Counted from the first letter of the stretch, positions 18,256 through 27,733 are shown. The stretch: DNA of 32,000 nucleotides from Halomicronema hongdechloris C2206 (GCF_002075285.3 NZ_CP021983.2:4500001-4532000), one strand, 5' to 3'. Notes: generated by a model not told the origin, from the sequence alone. Program-made: numbers and translations.

Positions 18256-19491
18256 ATGGCGACCATCAACGACAATTATCTGAAACTCAAAGCTGGCTAC
18301 CTGTTCCCCGAGATTGCCCGTCGGGTGAATACCTTCGTCGAGGCCAATCCCGATGCCGACATCATCAAACTTGGCATCGGCGATGTCACCGAGCCCTTAC
18401 CCCAAGCTTGCTGCCAGGCCATGATTAAAGCGGTAGAAGACATGGGAGACCGGGCTACCTTCAAAGGCTATGGGCCGGAACAGGGCTATGGCTGGTTGCG
18501 AGAAAAAATCGTCGCCCATGACTTTCAGGCCCGTGGGTGCCAGGTCGAGGCCAGCGAGATCTTTATCTCGGATGGCTCTAAGTGCGACTGTGGCAACATC
18601 CTCGACATCTTCGGCAAAAATAACACCATCGCCGTCACCGATCCGGTTTATCCCGTCTATGTCGACACCAATGTCATGGCTGGTCACACTGGCCCCGCTA
18701 AGGATAATGGCGAATACCAAGGTTTGGTATATTTACCCATCAACGCCGAGAATCGCTTCACCGCTGAGATTCCCCGTCAGCCGGTTGATCTGATCTACCT
18801 CTGTTTTCCCAACAATCCCACCGGAGCCGTGGCCAGCAAGGAGCATTTGCAGGCTTGGGTTGACTATGCCCGCCAACATGGCTCCATCTTGCTGTTTGAT
18901 GCCGCCTATGAAGCCTTCATCGCCGATCCTGCTATCCCCCATTCCATCTATGAAATTGAGGGGGCCCGGGACTGTGCCATTGAGTTTCGCTCCTTCTCCA
19001 AGAACGCCGGCTTCACCGGCACCCGCTGCGCCTTTACGGTAGTGCCCAAGTCCCTCAAGGGTAAGGCCGCTGACGGTTCTGATGTACCCCTGCATCCTCT
19101 CTGGAATCGTCGTCAGTCCACCAAGTTCAATGGCGTGTCCTACATCGTGCAACGAGGGGCAGAGGCGGTGTACTCCGAAGCTGGGCAAGCTCAGGTCAAA
19201 GAGTTAGTCAGGTTTTATCTAGACAATGCTGGCATCATCCGGGCGCAACTCACGGCAGCAGGCATTGGCGTCTATGGCGGAGTCAATGCGCCCTATGTCT
19301 GGGTTAAAACGCCCAAGGGACTTTCCAGTTGGGACTTTTTCGATAAGCTACTGCACACCTGTAACGTAGTGGGCACCCCTGGGTCTGGATTTGGCGCCGC
19401 TGGAGAGGGCTACTTCCGCCTATCTGCCTTCAATAGCCGGGAACAGGTTAATGAAGCCATGGCGCGTATTACCCGAGCTTTTAGCGTCTAA
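18256..19491 (+). CDS. dapL: LL-diaminopimelate aminotransferase
   Basis: 411-aa ORF. The N-terminus [24 protein letters not shown] is characteristic of DapL, and the PLP-lysine region is [13 protein letters not shown]. Confidence 0.93.
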   Translation: MATINDNYLKLKAGYLFPEIARRVNTFVEANPDADIIKLGIGDVTEPLPQACCQAMIKAVEDMGDRATFKGYGPEQGYGWLREKIVAHDFQARGCQVEASEIFISDGSKCDCGNILDIFGKNNTIAVTDPVYPVYVDTNVMAGHTGPAKDNGEYQGLVYLPINAENRFTAEIPRQPVDLIYLCFPNNPTGAVASKEHLQAWVDYARQHGSILLFDAAYEAFIADPAIPHSIYEIEGARDCAIEFRSFSKNAGFTGTRCAFTVVPKSLKGKAADGSDVPLHPLWNRRQSTKFNGVSYIVQRGAEAVYSEAGQAQVKELVRFYLDNAGIIRAQLTAAGIGVYGGVNAPYVWVKTPKGLSSWDFFDKLLHTCNVVGTPGSGFGAAGEGYFRLSAFNSREQVNEAMARITRAFSV

Positions 19492-19548
19492 GCGGCACAG
19501 GAAAAGCTGGGCTACTGATTTGTCGCTAGAGACACCGGAAGGACAACC

Positions 19549-19740
19549 TTGCCCATGAACCATTGGCTCTGCAAACACCGCCGTCACGTCATGTGGCTAT
19601 CGTTTTTGGCGATGGTCTGGCTGTTTTGCAGTGGCCAAGCCCAAGCCGGGCAGCTGACTGAACGATTGGGCCGGTTCTCCGATTGGACTAATCACCCCCA
19701 GGTTGAAGTAGCTAGTAGTGGCCGACTGCGCCTTCAATGA
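19549..19740 (+). CDS. small hypothetical protein with an N-terminal signal-like segment; possibly a truncated gene head
   Basis: 63-aa ORF. The hydrophobic stretch VMWLSFLAMVWLFCSGQAQA is followed by a short hydrophilic tail. No recognisable continuation is found downstream. Confidence 0.25.
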   Translation: MPMNHWLCKHRRHVMWLSFLAMVWLFCSGQAQAGQLTERLGRFSDWTNHPQVEVASSGRLRLQ

Positions 19741-19926
19741 TTTGCAGTTGGGGTTTGCAGCTGGCTCAGGCCTATCTAGAAGAACAAGTGGTCAAGCTTG
19801 TCCAAGTTGATGGGGTTGTCAACCCTATACCGCCCTAGCATATTGTGACAATGGCTACCATTATGCAGTAAGCCGTAAGGCCAGGAGCTAGAGAGCGAAA
19901 TATCGGTCAACTTCCACTATGGCCTC

Positions 19927-21351
19927 CTAGGCGGGTTGATTGCGGGGAGGGATGGGTTGGCCTCGATGGAGTTTATGCTCTAGGGTGCCTAGGTACCACC
20001 AGATCCCAGCAGCGGCCAAGGGGATGGCGGTCAGCAAAACGCCCAGCCCCAAAGACAGGGAACCAGCCAGTGCCACCACCAGAGGAATGGCAGACCAGGT
20101 AGTGGCGCTAACGACCACGGCACCGCGCCGTACCTGCTGAATTCGCTGCAAGGCAGAGCGGCAGCTGTGGCAATGTTTAGTGTGGGAATGGTATCGATCC
20201 ATTAGGGCTTCTTGAGACCATTCTGGAGCTAGGGAGGCCCCGGGAAAGGGATCGGCGGCAAACTCGCTGACCCACTGGCGGAATTGCAGCACATAGCGAT
20301 CTGCTTGGGTGGGCAGATAACAGGCCTGGGCATAGGGCTGGGAACCAGCCTGGGCCAGAGCCCGCTCCTGAAGATGCAGGAAAATCTGATCGTCTTCTAG
20401 TACCCGGTTGTTGCCGACATGGGTATACCAACGGGGAGTGAGACCGATGAAGAGCTTGGGTAACCGGGTAGAAAACTTAAAAGGAAAGCGGGCAAGCAGT
20501 CGGCACTCTCCCTTACGAATGGGGACGGCATAGACCACGGTGAGGGTGCGGCCAAACTGCTGGGAAGTCAAGTCATGGTACATCAGCCCTGGGGCAATGA
20601 AGCGAGTGTGCTGGGTACCGAGCTTTCCTTGGCGCGGTCCCTCGGGCCAGAGGCCGCGAAAGCCCTGGCGGTCAGAAGCAAGTACCTCCATGGCCATGGG
20701 GGCAGCATTCTCGCGCTTACCCACGGTCTCGTGGTGGGTGTAGGGAATGTGGCTGGAGTCTAGGACGTTTTCCAGTAGGGTGAGGGCATCGTAGGGCAAA
20801 TCTCGAAAGGTGTTCAGAACCACCCAGCCTTCAGAGTCGTCTTCTAAAGGGTCGATGACAGGCACCGGCACCTGGGCAGCCCTGGCGATATCTCCTGGAT
20901 AGACAAATAACAGGCCCTGACGCACGGCCGTTGGTAAGGAGGTGGCACAAGCCCGGGGAGACTGGTGACCTTGCTGCTCTGGAAACTGTTGGGGAATTTG
21001 CTGGCAAGCCCCGCTGCCAGAAAAACTCCAGCCGTGGTAAGGGCATTCCAGCTGACCGGCCTCGTTGATGCGACCTTCCGACAGAGGCGCCAGACGATGG
21101 GGGCAACTATCCTCGAAGACGCGCCAGGTCTGCTCCTGGGGATCCCACCAGATCACCAGATCTCGCTCTAGCAGGGTGAAGCGATTGGGGCGGGTTTTAT
21201 CCAGATCTTCCACATAGTGGACCGGATGCCAGGCTTCGGCCCAGTCGAAACGATCTGGGTCTGGACCACCAGCAGGCAGGGACCGCTGGTGGGGAGCTAT
21301 GACGGCGGTGTCAGGAGCAGTTACTGGAGAATAAGTCACCATCGTAGTCAA
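19927..21351 (-). CDS. Rieske [2Fe-2S] oxygenase of the PaO / Tic55 / PTC52-like family
   Basis: The Rieske motif is CPHRLAPLSEGR..(16 aa)..CPYHGWSF. There is a long PaO-type catalytic and C-terminal region, a CxxC (CHSC) and a terminal hydrophobic helix. Confidence 0.88.
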   Translation of the reverse strand: MTTMVTYSPVTAPDTAVIAPHQRSLPAGGPDPDRFDWAEAWHPVHYVEDLDKTRPNRFTLLERDLVIWWDPQEQTWRVFEDSCPHRLAPLSEGRINEAGQLECPYHGWSFSGSGACQQIPQQFPEQQGHQSPRACATSLPTAVRQGLLFVYPGDIARAAQVPVPVIDPLEDDSEGWVVLNTFRDLPYDALTLLENVLDSSHIPYTHHETVGKRENAAPMAMEVLASDRQGFRGLWPEGPRQGKLGTQHTRFIAPGLMYHDLTSQQFGRTLTVVYAVPIRKGECRLLARFPFKFSTRLPKLFIGLTPRWYTHVGNNRVLEDDQIFLHLQERALAQAGSQPYAQACYLPTQADRYVLQFRQWVSEFAADPFPGASLAPEWSQEALMDRYHSHTKHCHSCRSALQRIQQVRRGAVVVSATTWSAIPLVVALAGSLSLGLGVLLTAIPLAAAGIWWYLGTLEHKLHRGQPIPPRNQPA

Positions 21352-21419
21352 TTCAGTACGGCATTGGGAGTGAATCCCTATAGTTCTATTATGCCGTTAC
21401 AAAAGTTTATGGGGGAGGC

Positions 21420-22148
21420 TTACCCATGAATGCCGCACTCGGTCTTACTGCTGCCGCGCCAGCGCCCGGCCCGTTCCTCTTCGCCTTGGGTAACGGGGGT
21501 GGTTAATGGTTCGTCGCCAATGCTGGTGTAGCCCTGGTCATGCAGCGGATTATAGATCACTTGCTGCTGAACGATATAGGTCCACACCTGCTTGCGGGTC
21601 CAATGGGCTAGGGGATTGATCTTGATGCGCCCCTGGGGATCCTGCTCGAAGATGGGTAAGGAGCGGCGGGATTGGGATTGATCGCGCCGTCGACCGGTGA
21701 TCCAAGCCTGGACCCGTAATTCTTTCAGGGCCCGTTTCAGGGGTTCCACCTTGGTCACGTAGTGAAACCAGTCCACATCCTCTTGCCAGAGCCGATCTCC
21801 GTAACGAGCGGCAAACCTGTCCCGACTATGGGCAGCTTGGGGGCGGTAGACACGCAAATCCAGATCATAGGCAGCGGTGGCCCGGGCCATGGTATCGAGG
21901 GTTTCGGGGAAGTGGTGCAGGGTATCTAGAAACACTACCGGAATTGGAGGCTGGGGGCGTACCTCGTGATACAGCATGTGGGGAATGACCGGCAAGCTGA
22001 AGGAATTGGTTTGAATCAGGCCGTCGGTCCAGTGCTGTCGGCACCAGGCCAGAATTTCTTGAGGAGTAGCCTGGGCAAAGTGGCGATTGGCCCAGGCCAG
22101 GTCGAGTTGGCAGGTAGTTGTGGGAGTTGCCGAAATGCATTGAACCAT
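21420..22148 (-). CDS. cysH: phosphoadenosine phosphosulfate (PAPS/APS) reductase, thioredoxin-dependent
   Basis: 242-aa ORF with the PP-loop-family fold region (VVFLDTLHHFPETL) and the characteristic C-terminal KTECGIHG. Confidence 0.9.
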   Translation of the reverse strand: MVQCISATPTTTCQLDLAWANRHFAQATPQEILAWCRQHWTDGLIQTNSFSLPVIPHMLYHEVRPQPPIPVVFLDTLHHFPETLDTMARATAAYDLDLRVYRPQAAHSRDRFAARYGDRLWQEDVDWFHYVTKVEPLKRALKELRVQAWITGRRRDQSQSRRSLPIFEQDPQGRIKINPLAHWTRKQVWTYIVQQQVIYNPLHDQGYTSIGDEPLTTPVTQGEEERAGRWRGSSKTECGIHG

Positions 22149-22262
22149 AGGACAGTCGTCGCTGCGAGCAGCTTCAAGCAGAGAGTGTTACAGAACGTAT
22201 CCAGTGCCAGTATGACATAATCACGCATATTCCGGTCGGGATACGGGTATTTATTGGCTCAA

Positions 22263-22388
22263 GGGATGGGGGGGGTGGAGGGAAGAGGGAGGAGTGAAGA
22301 GTGAAGAGTGGGAGTGAAGAGTGGGGAGTGAAGAGTGGGGGTGAAGGGTGAAGGGTGAAGGGTGGGGGTGAAGGGTGAAGGGTGGGTC
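22263..22388 (+). repeat. G-rich block followed by a degenerate heptamer tandem array, (GTGAAGA / GTGAAGG)n punctuated by GTGGGG
   Basis: 22263-22292 reads GGGATGGGGGGGGTGGAGGGAAGAGGGAGG. 22294-22388 parses as GTGAAGA x2, GTGGGA, GTGAAGA, GTGGGGA, GTGAAGA, GTGGGG, GTGAAGG x3, GTGGGG, GTGAAGG x2, GTGGGTC. Confidence 0.95.
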
Positions 22389-22516
22389 GTGCTGCTGAAA
22401 CTGGGTAAGCAATGGGTGGCAAGAACAGGACCCACCACGGGGCCGAGAAACGAAACCCCCATTCCGTGGGCTACAATCTGGGGCGTTGATGGTCACTGGA
22501 CACTGAGGATGTTGGC

Positions 22517-22801
22517 ATGCGGCTGATCCTTTACAGCAAACCGGGTTGCCATCTCTGTGAGGGGCTGCAGGAGAAGCTGGCAGCGGTGCGACAGATAGAA
22601 ATTGACTTGGAGGTGCGGGATATTACTACCCGGCCAGAGTGGTTTGAGGCCTATCAGTACACAATCCCGGTGCTGTGTCGCCAGATTGAAACGGCAAACG
22701 GCATGCAAGAAGTGGTACTGCCACGGCTGTCACCCCGGGCGCCGGTGTCCCAGTTGGAGCGATTGCTACAGACGGCGGGGGCAGCAGGTAGGGCAGAATA
22801 A
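22517..22801 (+). CDS. glutaredoxin-like protein (DUF836 / thioredoxin fold)
   Basis: 94-aa ORF with an N-terminal MRLILYSKPGCHLCEGL CxxC motif. It lies 30 nt upstream of murE on the same strand. Confidence 0.8.
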   Translation: MRLILYSKPGCHLCEGLQEKLAAVRQIEIDLEVRDITTRPEWFEAYQYTIPVLCRQIETANGMQEVVLPRLSPRAPVSQLERLLQTAGAAGRAE

Positions 22802-22831
22802 TCGCAATCGCTAATGTGAGGAGTCGCTGAC

Positions 22832-24358
22832 ATGAACGTGCGTGAATTGCTGTCTCGGATTCCTGATGAGTTGATAGTGACGGTGCCAGCGACAGCCTCG
22901 GCGCTAGAGGCAGAGGTTAAGGGGCTGTGTGCCAATTCCCATGCTTGTCAACCAGGGGATGTGTTCGTGGGCTTGCCGGGAACCCGGGTAGATGGGGGCG
23001 AGTTTTGGCCCTCTGCGATCGCATCGGGAGCCATTGCTGCCCTGATATCGCCCCAAGCCCTAGAGCGACGGCCCCCTAGCGAGACGGAATCCCCCTGTCT
23101 GGTAACCCTGGCGGACATGGCCATTGCCTGTGCCGAAGTGGCAACGGCCTTCTACGATTATCCGGCTGAGGCGATGACATTAGCCGGGGTCACCGGCACC
23201 AACGGCAAGACCACCACCACCCATCTGATCGAGTTTTTGCTGCAGCAGGCCACCTTGCCCACGGCTCTACTGGGCACCCTCTACACCCGCTGGCCTGGCT
23301 ATCAACGGACGGCCCTACATACGACGCCCTTTGCCATCGATCTACAGGCCGATCTGGCCGCGGCACGCCAAGCCGGCTGTCGCCATGGAGTGCTGGAGGT
23401 GAGCTCCCACGCCCTGGCCCAGCATCGGGTCTGGGGCTGCCCCTTCGACGTGGCGGTCTTCACCAACCTGAGCCAAGACCATCTGGATTTCCACCGGGAC
23501 CTGGACGATTATTTCAACGCCAAGGCCCGCCTCTTTAGCCCTGACTATCTGCGGGGACGGGCCATCGTCAATGGCCGCGATCCCTACGGACAGCGGTTGC
23601 TAGCGCGGCTAGACCCGGCCCAGGTGTGGCGCTATGCCGTGGCCGATGACCAGGCCGACCTATCCGCCCATGACCTGCAGTATCACGCCACCGGCGTGAC
23701 TGGGACGCTGCGCACTCCCTTAGGGACCCTGCCTTTCACCTCGCCCTTGGTGGGACAGTTCAACCTGGAAAATCTATTGGCAGCGGTGGGGGCGGTGTTG
23801 CATCTGGGGGTGCCCCTAGCCACGGTGGTGGACAGTCTCCAGCATTTCCCGAGGGTACCGGGCCGCATGGAACGAGTGCAGCTGCAGCTGCAGCAGGATA
23901 TCAGCGTCATTGTCGATTATGCCCACACCCCCGACAGCCTGCAGAATTCCCTACAGGCAGCCCGACCCTTTGTGCCGGGGCGATTGATCTGTGTGTTTGG
24001 CTGCGGCGGCGATCGCGATCGCCGCAAGCGGCCCCAGATGGGTCGCATTGCCTATGACCTGGCCGATGTGGTGGTGGTCACCTCTGACAATCCTCGCACC
24101 GAAGACCCTGAGGCCATCCTGCAGGATATTTTGGCCGGGATTCCAGAGCCGTTGGCGGCGGAGCAGGTGGTGTGCGATCGCAAAGCCGCTATCCATCAAG
24201 CCATTCACATGGCGCAGCCGGGGGACGGCATTTTGATCGCCGGTAAGGGCCATGAAGACTACCAGATCCTCGGCACCGAGAAGATCCACTTCGACGATCG
24301 GGAACAGGCCCGCCAGGCTTTGGCCCAACGCTACGGGACTGCAGCGCCTAGCGGCTGA
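22832..24358 (+). CDS. murE: UDP-N-acetylmuramoyl-L-alanyl-D-glutamate--2,6-diaminopimelate ligase
   Basis: Mur ligase motifs are present: GVTGTNGKTTTTHLI, DYAHTPDSL, FGCGGDRDRRKRPQMG and the DAP-specific DNPR. A GAGGAG Shine-Dalgarno lies at 22818-22823. Confidence 0.95.
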   Translation: MNVRELLSRIPDELIVTVPATASALEAEVKGLCANSHACQPGDVFVGLPGTRVDGGEFWPSAIASGAIAALISPQALERRPPSETESPCLVTLADMAIACAEVATAFYDYPAEAMTLAGVTGTNGKTTTTHLIEFLLQQATLPTALLGTLYTRWPGYQRTALHTTPFAIDLQADLAAARQAGCRHGVLEVSSHALAQHRVWGCPFDVAVFTNLSQDHLDFHRDLDDYFNAKARLFSPDYLRGRAIVNGRDPYGQRLLARLDPAQVWRYAVADDQADLSAHDLQYHATGVTGTLRTPLGTLPFTSPLVGQFNLENLLAAVGAVLHLGVPLATVVDSLQHFPRVPGRMERVQLQLQQDISVIVDYAHTPDSLQNSLQAARPFVPGRLICVFGCGGDRDRRKRPQMGRIAYDLADVVVVTSDNPRTEDPEAILQDILAGIPEPLAAEQVVCDRKAAIHQAIHMAQPGDGILIAGKGHEDYQILGTEKIHFDDREQARQALAQRYGTAAPSG

Positions 24359-25685
24359 GAGCCGGCAGTCCATTCACCAGCACCGGGAAGGCAATAATCA
24401 GTACCAGCACCAGCAGCTGCAGCAAGATAAAGGAAATGGCCCCCCGATAGATGTGGCCCGTGGTCAAGGCGGCTGGGGCCACCCCGCGCAGGTAGAACAG
24501 GGCAAAACCAAAGGGCGGCGTCAGAAACGACGACTGCAGATTGGCGCCGATAATCACCCCGTACCAGACCAGGTCCATGCCCAGCTGCTGGGCGATGGGG
24601 GCAAACAGGGGCACCACGATGAAGGCGATCTCAAAGAAATCGATGAAGAAGCCCAGCACGAAGATGGTGAGCATACTCACCAGCAAGAAACTGAGGCTGC
24701 CACCAGGGAGATTGGCAAAACTGTCGAAGATGAACTGATCCCCGTGGAGGCCGCGAAATACCAGGCTAAAGGCCGTCGAGCCCAGCAGAATAAACATGAC
24801 CATGGTGGTGGTACGCAGGGTGCTATCGCAGACATGCCTCAGGGTGGCCCGACTGAGTTGCCGGTTACAGGCTGCCAAGACCAAGGCCCCTACCGCTCCC
24901 AAGGCCCCGGCCTCGGTGGGGGTAGCCACGCCGAAGAAGATGCTGCCCAAGACCAGCAAAATCAGAATCAAGGGGGGCACCATCACCCGCAGCACCTTCA
25001 GGGCCAGGGCCCAACCTTTCACGGTGAGTAGCTCCGACGGCAGCGGCGGTGCCATATCGGGCCGCACCCAGGCGGTGATCAACACATTCAGGGCGAAGGC
25101 CAACGCCATCAGCAGGCCGGGCACAATAGAGCCCAGGAACAGGTCGCCGACGGAAATGCCCAACTGGTCCGCCAGCACCACCAACACGATGCTGGGAGGA
25201 ATGATCTGGCCCAGGGTGCCGGAGGCGGTGATTACCCCGGCAGCCAGGGATTTGTTGTAGCCATAGCGCAACATGGTGGGCAGGGAAATCAGGCCCATGG
25301 TGACTACGGTGGCGGCGACAACCCCAGTCGTGGCCGCCAGCAGCGCCCCCACCACCACCACTGCTAGGGCCAAGCCCCCCCGCACCCGGCTAAACACCTG
25401 GCCCATGGTTTCCAGCAGGGCTTCGGCGATGCCCGATTTCTCCAGGGTGGCGCCCATGAAGATGAAGTAGGGAATGGCCAGCAGGGTGAAGTTGTTCATG
25501 ATGCCGAAGATGCGCTGGGGCATGGCGGTCAAGAAGACCGGGTCAAACACCCCTAGACCCATGCCGATCAGCGCAAACAGGATGGCCACCCCCCCCAGGG
25601 AGAAGGCCACCGGATAGCCGATGGACAGCAGCACTAACGCCCCAGCAAACATGGTGGGACCCAGCCATTCGTAGGCAAAGGTCAT
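24348..25685 (-). CDS. dctM: TRAP transporter large permease subunit
   Basis: This is a polytopic membrane protein beginning MTFAYEWLGPTMFAGALVLL. I place the start at the ATG at 25685, which overlaps the dctQ stop codon (ATGA). The ORF-track start at 25892 would overlap dctQ by about 200 nt. Confidence 0.88.
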   Translation of the reverse strand: MTFAYEWLGPTMFAGALVLLSIGYPVAFSLGGVAILFALIGMGLGVFDPVFLTAMPQRIFGIMNNFTLLAIPYFIFMGATLEKSGIAEALLETMGQVFSRVRGGLALAVVVVGALLAATTGVVAATVVTMGLISLPTMLRYGYNKSLAAGVITASGTLGQIIPPSIVLVVLADQLGISVGDLFLGSIVPGLLMALAFALNVLITAWVRPDMAPPLPSELLTVKGWALALKVLRVMVPPLILILLVLGSIFFGVATPTEAGALGAVGALVLAACNRQLSRATLRHVCDSTLRTTTMVMFILLGSTAFSLVFRGLHGDQFIFDSFANLPGGSLSFLLVSMLTIFVLGFFIDFFEIAFIVVPLFAPIAQQLGMDLVWYGVIIGANLQSSFLTPPFGFALFYLRGVAPAALTTGHIYRGAISFILLQLLVLVLIIAFPVLVNGLPALSR

Positions 25686-26245
25686 GGCTCGCCCTCCGGG
25701 CTGTGCTGCCCTCGCAGGAAGGCTACCTGCTTGATGGCCTCCGAGAGGCCCTGCAAAATCAACAGGCCAAAGCTGACTAGAATCATGGCTTTGATCGGGT
25801 AGCGGGGCAGTCCTCCCGGATCGGGAGACGTCTCGCGGATGGCCCAGGAGGTTGCGATCGCATCCCAGGACACCCAGATCACCATGACACAAAAGGGCAA
25901 CAGGAACAGCAGCGTCCCCACCAGATCAGCGATCACCTTGCGGCGGGTGCTCCAGCGAGCCTGCAGCACATCCACCCGCACATGGTCATTGTGGCGTAGG
26001 GTATAGGCCGCCCCCAATAGAAATACCAGGTCGAAAAGATACCACTGCACTTCGATCAGGGCATTGGAGCTGAGGTTGCGGCCGACGAAATAGCCCAAAT
26101 AGCGGCCCAGCACATTCCAGGCCCCGACCCCCACCATCAAGAGCACCAGCCAATAGGTGATGCGACCAATACGAGTGTTAACAGCGTCAATCCAACGGGC
26201 AAGGCGCAGCAGCCGTTGCAATGGGTCAGCCCTCCCTCGGTGCAC
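25682..26245 (-). CDS. dctQ: TRAP transporter small permease subunit
   Basis: 187-aa protein with 4 helices, immediately upstream of dctM and translationally coupled to it. Confidence 0.82.
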   Translation of the reverse strand: MHRGRADPLQRLLRLARWIDAVNTRIGRITYWLVLLMVGVGAWNVLGRYLGYFVGRNLSSNALIEVQWYLFDLVFLLGAAYTLRHNDHVRVDVLQARWSTRRKVIADLVGTLLFLLPFCVMVIWVSWDAIATSWAIRETSPDPGGLPRYPIKAMILVSFGLLILQGLSEAIKQVAFLRGQHSPEGEP

Positions 26246-26399
26246 TCATTCAGAGTTGCTCGTTGCTAGCCTCAGTCTCGGCAACCGACCACTACCAGCA
26301 GGCAATCGCCCTGTATTGTATCGTCCCTTGGGGCCTGTTCTCGAGTAGGGTTACTAAGTACAGTAGAAACGACCCTTACTGCAGACTCGTTAATTGGCT

Positions 26400-27239
26400 A
26401 TGGCTGCCCTGATTACCCTACTCACCGACTTCGGCGACCGCGATGTCTATGTCGGCGTCATGAAAGGCGTGATCGCCCAGATCTGTCCTGGGGCTCCTAC
26501 CATTGACCTCACCCATGCCATTCCCCCCCAGGCCGTCACCGCCGCCCGCTTCAATCTGGCAACCGCCTATCCCTACTTTCCCGATGGCACCGTGCACCTA
26601 ATGGTGGTGGATCCGGGGGTGGGCACGCAGCGGCGAGCCATCGCCATCCAGACTCCCCGCGGCTTTTTGGTGGGTCCCGATAACGGCGGCTTCAGTGGTG
26701 TGCTGCAACAGGAAGACGCGATGGCCCTCAAGGGCCGGTCTAGCCACTCTGGGGCGGCTTCGCCAACGACCATCGCAGCGGTCGAACTCAGTAACCGCGA
26801 TTACTGGCGGAGCCTAAACCCCAGCACCACCTTCCACGGTCGTGACATCTTCGCCCCCGCTGCCGCTCACTTGGCCAACGGCGTTCCCTTAGACTACCTG
26901 GGTCGCCCCATCGATCCTCAGACCCTAATCAGCCTAGAGCCGCCACCACTAGCCCCCATCAATGGGGGACTGCAAGGCACCATTCAATACATCGATCATT
27001 TCGGTAACCTAATCACCACCATCCCGGCGGCAGCCGTTGCCCAAAAACCGTGGCAGGTGCAATTCAACCAAGCTACGTTACCCCAGACCCAGACCTATGG
27101 CGAGGTTCCCCCTGGCGAACCAGCCGCCTTCATCGGCAGCCATGGCTGGCTGGAAATTGCCGTCAACGGTAGCAGTGCCTGGGAACGATTTCGGGTCCGT
27201 CTCGGGGACCCCGTGCAGGTCATCTGGCAGATGCCCTAG
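26400..27239 (+). CDS. SAM hydrolase / SAM-dependent halogenase family protein (DUF62, S-adenosyl-L-methionine hydroxide adenosyltransferase-like)
   Basis: Family-typical sequence is present: N-terminal ITLLTDFGDRDVYVGVMKGVI, then VVDPGVGT.R and FHGRDIFAPAAAHLA. I prefer the ATG at 26400 to the TTG at 26394. Confidence 0.85.
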   Translation: MAALITLLTDFGDRDVYVGVMKGVIAQICPGAPTIDLTHAIPPQAVTAARFNLATAYPYFPDGTVHLMVVDPGVGTQRRAIAIQTPRGFLVGPDNGGFSGVLQQEDAMALKGRSSHSGAASPTTIAAVELSNRDYWRSLNPSTTFHGRDIFAPAAAHLANGVPLDYLGRPIDPQTLISLEPPPLAPINGGLQGTIQYIDHFGNLITTIPAAAVAQKPWQVQFNQATLPQTQTYGEVPPGEPAAFIGSHGWLEIAVNGSSAWERFRVRLGDPVQVIWQMP

Positions 27240-27733
27240 GCAGATTGCTGCAACAAGTCAAATAGCCCTTCTTCGATGTCATAGCCCAACATCTGAGTCA
27301 TAAATTTTACCCGGGTCACATTCACTTGCCCCTGTTGCTGTAGCCAACGCGTGATCACAAAGATCTTATGCATCACGAAGATTTCTAAGGCCTCTGGATT
27401 GTAGCGAATGCCATCGGTGGGGCTGAATTGGTGGGGCACCAGCATGGCTGTGTAGCGGCCGAGCTCGCCGGCTTCCCAATCCAGCACAAAGGGTAACCAG
27501 GGATAGAGACTGTCTAAGCGAATGAACCAGAGACGCACCGCCGGGATTTCCGACAACTCTCTCGGATCCGTGGGCTCGCGAGGATACTCTACTTCGAATC
27601 GCAGATTAAGGTCCTGCTTTGGCAGATTGCCCGCCGCTATCAACGGCTCCAGCACTGCAGTGGCTGGACTGAGATCAAGGGTGTGCAGCGTCTCAGGGGT
27701 CAACGTCAGGGTATAAACCATGGGCAGAGGCAT
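27236..27733 (-). CDS. conserved cyanobacterial/plastid-lineage protein, CRR6 (DUF1817)-like; name tentative
   Basis: 165-aa ORF. The core ELSEIPAVRLWFIRLDSLYPWLPFVLDWEAGELGRYTAMLVPHQF matches my recollection of the CRR6 family. This was not verified by search. Confidence 0.6.
   Translation of the reverse strand: MPLPMVYTLTLTPETLHTLDLSPATAVLEPLIAAGNLPKQDLNLRFEVEYPREPTDPRELSEIPAVRLWFIRLDSLYPWLPFVLDWEAGELGRYTAMLVPHQFSPTDGIRYNPEALEIFVMHKIFVITRWLQQQGQVNVTRVKFMTQMLGYDIEEGLFDLLQQSA

Noticed and set aside
22263-22388. Whether this tandem array, or the ones at 16475-16522 and 29994-30019, could be a CRISPR array.
   Set aside because: The units are 7-16 bp and directly abutting, with no unique spacers. 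No cas genes are in the window.
22174-22496. Three minus-strand ORFs translate to PSPFTLHPSP.. style repeats.
   Set aside because: They are simply translations of the heptamer tandem array in three frames. They have no credible start context, and I treat the region as a DNA repeat.
24252-25470. A 259-aa plus-strand ORF and neighbouring ORFs lie antisense to dctM.
   Set aside because: The sequence is a highly charged H/Q/G/E-rich mirror image of a hydrophobic membrane protein, with no motif. The minus-strand frame is a clear TRAP permease.
25686-25892. The ORF-track N-terminal extension of dctM (start at 25892).
   Set aside because: It would overlap dctQ by about 200 nt in another frame, and its sequence is not membrane-protein-like. 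The ATGA stop/start coupling at 25682-25685 gives the canonical dctQ-dctM arrangement.
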